From Sphingopyxis sp. (lineage in GTDB: Bacteria > Pseudomonadota > Alphaproteobacteria > Sphingomonadales > Sphingomonadaceae): a stretch of 64,000 nt of DNA. Positions 58,845 through 64,000 of this stretch are shown one piece after another (position 1 is the first letter of the stretch; each line of letters starts with the position of its first letter). The notes beneath the pieces were generated by a model. That model was not told where the DNA came from. It did not search any database and was given only the letters and a program-made list of their open reading frames with translations. The position numbers were made by a program, and so were the translations under genes. Location of the stretch: contig NZ_DASYHE010000103.1 in the NCBI RefSeq assembly GCF_035998965.1, forward strand, positions 1,383 through 65,382, given 5' to 3'.

Positions 58845-60167
58845 TTATTGCGCGGGGGGCAGCCCGCCGAACGTCACGATACTCTCGCTGCCATCGCTTG
58901 AAAGTGCTGAAACACCAAAGAAATTATCGTCGATGATGACGCCGGGCAGCACCAGCTCGGTCGCCGCATCGCCCGCGACCTGGCGGCTGTCGGTCCAGTC
59001 GCGCGCATCGCTTCGGCGCCACAGGATGCGATAGGCCGCGGCGTCCTTCACCGGCGTCCATTTGACCGTGGTGTTCGAACTGACCGCGCCGTCGATGCTG
59101 ACACTGGCGGGCGCAGGCGGCGCGGCGGCAAGTTCGCTGGCCAGCACGACGTTCAGCGCGGTGACGCGCGCCAGATAGGTGAAATCCATCTCGTCGACCG
59201 TATCGCCATATTTGCGACCATTGTCGGTGCGCAGGTCCTGATGCTGATGATCATAATCCTCGATCCCGACCGTAAAGCGGATCGCCGGATAGCCGAGCTC
59301 GAGCAACGGCAGATGATCGCCGCCGCGGCGGAAACGGTCGGGGCGTCGCACCGCCAGCACTTCGAGTCCGATTGTAGGGCTTTGTTCTCCGGCGCGGATC
59401 GCCGCCTTGGCCAGCGCGCGCGACGGGCCGTCGTCCTCACCGCCGATGCCGCGCCGCGCCAGCTGCGCTGCCAGATCCTCCGACGCGCGGATGCCCTCGC
59501 TGAACACGCGCACCCGGTTGTCGACGATGGCGCCGTCGGTTCCTTTGATGCCGCCGACAATGTCGTTGTTCAGCACCGCCGCGACCGGCCAATTCTTTTC
59601 CTTCGCATGGCGCGCGAGCAACCGCCCGCCCCACAGACCCTGCTCCTCGCCCGACAGCAGGGCATAGACGATCGTCGCGCGATGCTTTTGTTTTGACAGC
59701 AACCGCGCTGCCTCGATCACCAGCGCGGTGCCCGACGCATTGTCGTTGGCGCCGGGGGCGTCGGCGGTGAAGTTCATCACGTCGGTCACGCGGCTATCGA
59801 TATGCCCCGCAATGATGATGACATGCGCCGGATCGCCCGTGCCCTTTTGGATCGCCAGGACATTTTCGACGATCACGCCGTCCGGCGCGCGCGGCCCGTC
59901 AAAGCGATCGGCGATGCGTTCGACGGTCAGGCAGCCGCCGCAAGCCTTCGAAATACGGCCGAATTCGGCGGCGCCCCAATTGCGCGCGGCGCCGATCCCG
60001 CGTTTGCGATCGGTCGCCGACGACAAAGTATGCCGGGTGCCGAAAGACACCAGCTTTTCGACATCGGCTTTCAGTCGTGCGGGGTCGGCGGCGGGGGTGG
60101 CGTCCTGTGCCTGCGCCGCCATGGGCGCGGCAAGGAGCAGGGCGGCGAGCAGGCTGAGTTTGATCAT
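58845..60167 (-). CDS. Secreted M28 family metallopeptidase
   Basis: Signal peptide, GHIDS, GANDNASG, GEEQGL, DH. Confidence 0.92.
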   Translation of the reverse strand: MIKLSLLAALLLAAPMAAQAQDATPAADPARLKADVEKLVSFGTRHTLSSATDRKRGIGAARNWGAAEFGRISKACGGCLTVERIADRFDGPRAPDGVIVENVLAIQKGTGDPAHVIIIAGHIDSRVTDVMNFTADAPGANDNASGTALVIEAARLLSKQKHRATIVYALLSGEEQGLWGGRLLARHAKEKNWPVAAVLNNDIVGGIKGTDGAIVDNRVRVFSEGIRASEDLAAQLARRGIGGEDDGPSRALAKAAIRAGEQSPTIGLEVLAVRRPDRFRRGGDHLPLLELGYPAIRFTVGIEDYDHQHQDLRTDNGRKYGDTVDEMDFTYLARVTALNVVLASELAAAPPAPASVSIDGAVSSNTTVKWTPVKDAAAYRILWRRSDARDWTDSRQVAGDAATELVLPGVIIDDNFFGVSALSSDGSESIVTFGGLPPAQ

Positions 60168-60199
60168 CCCCGCTTCATGCGGGGTTGCAGGCATAAAGA

Positions 60200-60228
60200 A
60201 AAGCCCCTCCCCGTTGGGGGAGGGGCTT
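60200..60228 (-). terminator. Intrinsic terminator (family D-like hairpin)
   Basis: AAGCCCCTCCCC-GTTG-GGGGAGGGGCTT, with a U-tract on the minus strand. Confidence 0.7.
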
Positions 60229-60233
60229 CGCTG

Positions 60234-60758
60234 TTAGCGCAGGCCGGAGAAACGGATATCCTGCACGCGGCCATAACGGATGTCGCAGGTGAACTTGCCC
60301 TGATCGTAGTAACCACCACGGCCCCAGCGACCGCCGTAACCGTCGCGGACGACGACGCGGCCTTTCACCTTATACCCGTCGCGCTTGCGATCGATGCTCG
60401 TCACCTGGGTAACGTCGGTGTTGCCATAACGGCGGCTGCCGCGTTCAACCGCGCCGACGCACTGGTTCACGGCGCTGCGGCTGTTGCCATAGCGGTTGTA
60501 ATCATAACCATAGCCGTAGCGCGGATCGTTGTAGCGACCGCGATAGCGGTCGTCGTAACGATCATAACGGTCGTTGTTGCCGCTCGACAGGATTGCGGCG
60601 AGGCCGCCGAGCACGACAGCTCCGGCGATCACTTCGCCCGCGCTGATGCCGTCGCGGTCATAGCGGTCGCGGGCAGCGGCGGGTGCGGCGCTCATCAGCA
60701 TTGCGCCAGCGGTGGCCGCACCAATTGCGGCCTTGGTCAGGTTGGTCTTGATAGCCAT
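60234..60758 (-). CDS. Hypothetical secreted protein (glycine-zipper-like segment, R/Y/D/G-rich linker, two-Cys C-terminal domain)
   Basis: Signal peptide, GEVIAGAVVLGGLAAILS, QCV...FTCDIRYGRV. Confidence 0.85.
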   Translation of the reverse strand: MAIKTNLTKAAIGAATAGAMLMSAAPAAARDRYDRDGISAGEVIAGAVVLGGLAAILSSGNNDRYDRYDDRYRGRYNDPRYGYGYDYNRYGNSRSAVNQCVGAVERGSRRYGNTDVTQVTSIDRKRDGYKVKGRVVVRDGYGGRWGRGGYYDQGKFTCDIRYGRVQDIRFSGLR

Positions 60759-60889
60759 GGTTCGGTCTCCTTCAGGCGCAGGCGGCAGCGTTGCAGCCTG
60801 TTGAAGCGGTTCTACCGATTCGCGGGTGACACGGTGCTGAACCTGTCGCTTATCTGGCGTTCAGCCTTGGTTTTGCTGGCGTTCATAAA

Positions 60890-61057
60890 AATCCTCCCCG
60901 TCGCGCAGCGATGGGGGAGTCGTAGACGGCGCGCAGCGCCAGCGGGACGGTCCCCGCGACGGCGGGGATGGTGGAGGGGCTTTGCGACGGCGGGGTCAAG
61001 GCCCCTCCGTCAGCGCTTCGCGCTGCCACCTCCCCATCGCTGCGCGACAGGGAGGAT
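60890..61057. repeat. Family A repeat, extended variant
   Basis: AATCCTCCCCGTCGCGCAGCGATGGGG ... CCCCATCGCTGCGCGACAGGGAGGAT with an extra internal segment. Confidence 0.88.
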
Positions 61058-61065
61058 CGATCAGG

Positions 61066-61611
61066 TCAGCCGAAATTGACGTCGACGACGCGGCCGTTGC
61101 GGTAACTGCACCCGAAACTGCGGATTTCGCCGCCCAGCCGTGACGCGGTGCCGGTGACGTACCAGCCGCCGTTATTGGCTTCGGTGCCGTCGATGCGATC
61201 GACGCGCGCATCGTCGCCCATTTCGGCCTCGACCGCCCAGCTACATGCGTCGGCGGCGCGGCTCTGGACGTCGCCGGTGCCATAAGCACGGGCGTCGCTG
61301 TCGTCCGCAGGGTCTTCGACCGGCGGCACATAGTCGCGCTCGCGCTCGTCGTAACGCTGATTATCGCGATACGGCGGCTCGTAACGATAGTCGGGCGCAC
61401 GCGCGCGCCGGTCCTTGCTTGCGGCGCTGGCGATCGCGGCGATGGTGCCGATGATCAGCAGGCCGCCGAGCACGTCGCCGGTGCTCACCCGGTCGTGATG
61501 ACGATAACCCCAGCCGCCATGGCGCGACCGCGCTTCGGCAGGCACGGCGCTGATCCCGACCGAGGTGACGACGACAGCGGCCGCAGCGGCAAGGCAGGTG
61601 AATTTACGCAT
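61066..61611 (-). CDS. Hypothetical secreted protein, paralogue of 60234-60758
   Basis: Signal peptide, GDVLGGLLIIGTIAAIAS, ACSW...FGCSYRNGRV. Confidence 0.85.
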   Translation of the reverse strand: MRKFTCLAAAAAVVVTSVGISAVPAEARSRHGGWGYRHHDRVSTGDVLGGLLIIGTIAAIASAASKDRRARAPDYRYEPPYRDNQRYDERERDYVPPVEDPADDSDARAYGTGDVQSRAADACSWAVEAEMGDDARVDRIDGTEANNGGWYVTGTASRLGGEIRSFGCSYRNGRVVDVNFG

Positions 61612-61734
61612 CAAGGGTTCCTCCCCAAGGGTCGGCAAAAGAGGGTCCGGCCCGGAATGCCGCCGGTCTAGGCCGCCGATGCTTTCGCGCCGCTGAACCG
61701 TTGTTCCCGCGCGATGGGACGAGTCCCGAAATGG

Positions 61735-61767
61735 AAAAGGCCCGCCATCGCTTGGATGGCGGGCCTT
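61735..61767 (-). terminator. Intrinsic terminator
   Basis: AAGGCCCGCCATC-GCTTG-GATGGCGGGCCTT stem, with a U-tract on the minus strand. Confidence 0.7.
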
Positions 61768-61798
61768 CAAACCCAAGGTGACCAGACCTTGCGGGTCA

Positions 61799-62653
61799 TC
61801 AGCAGACGCAGCGCGGCTTGGCCTTGGGTTTCGGCGTCCACTTTTTCTTGGCGACATAGCGCTTCCGAACCGGCGCCTTGTCATAATAGGTCTTGGTCGT
61901 TGTCTCGACCGTTTCGGTCACGACCGGCGCGCCGCCCGTGATGATCGTCGTGACCACGACGCCGGGGGTGTAATAGCCGTAGCCGTAACCATAGCCGCCA
62001 TGATGGTATGTGGTGCTGCTGCTGTGATGCGAACCGCGGCTCGACCACCAGGCTTCGCATTTCTTCTTGTCCGACGCATCGCCGATCGCGCCGCCCGCGA
62101 CCGCGCCCAGCGCGCCGCCGATGATCGTGCCTTCGGTGCGGTTGCCCTTGCCGGCGATGCGGTTGCCGAAGACGCCCCCCACGACTCCGCCGACAACCGC
62201 GCCGCCCACCGTGTCCCCCCGGCCACAGCGGCGTTCCATCTCTGCGTCGTGCCGCGGGTCGTACCCGCCGCCATAATAATAATGATGGGGCGGCGGCGGA
62301 TACCCCGCGCCATGGCCATCGACCGAGCCTTCGTAGCGGCCTTCGTAGCGGCGACCGTCGGGCGTTTCATAGGTGCCGTTCCAGGTGCCGGTCCAGCGCC
62401 CCTCGGCGTCGTAACCCGACACGCGGCGATATTCGACTTCGCTCGGGATGCGGTCGGCATGGCCTGTATAGACGCGCACGTCGGCATCGGCGGGCGCGCC
62501 ATAGTCCAGCGCCGGGCGCGAGTCATGCTGGTACGACACGCCGCTCACCAGGTCGGTCGCAGCGTCCGCATCGATCATCGGCGCTTCGGCATGGGCACGG
62601 CCCGCCAGCAACAACGACCCTGCGGCCACCCCCAACAAGACGAACGTGCGCAT
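61799..62653 (-). CDS. Glycine-zipper 2TM domain secreted/envelope protein
   Basis: Signal peptide, GGAVVGGVVGGVFGNRIAG..RTEGTIIGGALGAVAGGAIG flanked by two Cys. Confidence 0.88.
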   Translation of the reverse strand: MRTFVLLGVAAGSLLLAGRAHAEAPMIDADAATDLVSGVSYQHDSRPALDYGAPADADVRVYTGHADRIPSEVEYRRVSGYDAEGRWTGTWNGTYETPDGRRYEGRYEGSVDGHGAGYPPPPHHYYYGGGYDPRHDAEMERRCGRGDTVGGAVVGGVVGGVFGNRIAGKGNRTEGTIIGGALGAVAGGAIGDASDKKKCEAWWSSRGSHHSSSTTYHHGGYGYGYGYYTPGVVVTTIITGGAPVVTETVETTTKTYYDKAPVRKRYVAKKKWTPKPKAKPRCVC

Positions 62654-62689
62654 GACTAACTCCCTGTTCCCTCGGCCCGAACCGATTGG

Positions 62690-62704
62690 TTAACAGATTG
62701 TTAG
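62690..62704. promoter_or_regulatory. Near-consensus CtrA box
   Basis: TTAA-CAGATTG-TTAG, plus a GTTAACC half site at ~62731. Confidence 0.6.
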
Positions 62705-62792
62705 CAAAATCGGCGGCTTTTCGCGAATCCGTTAACCGTGACGATTGCGTCCCGTTTTGGGCCAGATGTGGGAGTTGTCGGCGGACGGTGTG

Positions 62793-63277
62793 TTACGCCA
62801 ACGCCCCGGCAATCCGCGCCACGAGCGCCTCCGCCCCCGCCTGATCCGCCGCCGAAAACCGCCCCGGCAGCGGGCTGTCGAGGTCGAGCACGCCAACCAG
62901 CCGGTCGCCGACGATCACCGGCACCACCAGCTCGCTGCGGCTGTCGGCGTCGCACGCGATATGGCCGGGAAAAGCATGGACGTCGTCGACGCGCTGCGTG
63001 GCGCGCAGCCGCGCCGCGGCACCGCACACCCCCTTGTCGAGCGGGATGCGGATGCACGCTGCCTTGCCCTGAAACGGCCCGAGCACCAGCTCCTGCCCGT
63101 CAAAGCGATAGAAGCCCGCCCAGTTCAAATCGGGGATCGCCTGCCAGATCAGCGCCGCGACATTCGCCATATTGGCGATGCCGTCGCGCTCGCCCGCGAC
63201 CAGCGCCGCGGCAGCATCGCCTGCCTCAGCCCATAATTCGGCGGGATCGGTCGCGGTAAAGGCGAGCGCATAGGACA

Positions 63278-63278
<1 letters not shown>
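62793..63278 (-). CDS. GAF domain protein (free methionine-R-sulfoxide reductase-like)
   Basis: NWAGFY, LGPFQGKAAC, GVCG, HIACD..SRSE. Confidence 0.93.

Positions 63279-64000
<722 letters not shown>

Overview
This is high-GC alphaproteobacterial DNA. Gene content and repeat families point to Sphingomonadaceae, most likely Sphingopyxis (inference). The first ~2.4 kb looks AT-richer and appears to be the edge of a Tn7/Tn5053-like (TniA/TniQ) element. It holds two convergent TniA/TnsB-derived ORFs that have lost DDE catalytic residues, a probable TniQ C-terminal fragment, and a short AT-rich tract with three AGCTTGT repeats. The rest is mostly core chromosome: a DUF2946-TonB receptor-PepSY_TM metal-uptake operon, phhA, prmA, a globin-type chemoreceptor, aldR/ald, sdhCDA (no sdhB in the window), leuC-lactonase-leuD, crtZ, a split scoA/scoB operon, folB, cca, a GGDEF-EAL protein, parC, arfB, pirin/LysR/azoR, ctrA, two PilZ proteins, three secreted glycine-zipper-like proteins and a partial prolyl oligopeptidase. 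Three toxin-antitoxin modules (ParDE, HEPN-MNT, VapBC) and about 17 copies of five palindromic intergenic repeat families are interspersed. Other oddities are a SRAP/HMCES homologue with Thr in place of the catalytic Cys2, a frameshifted azoR, and a double hairpin with anti-Shine-Dalgarno motifs. No tRNA, rRNA or CRISPR array was seen. Family calls come from motif recognition by eye; no database search was run.
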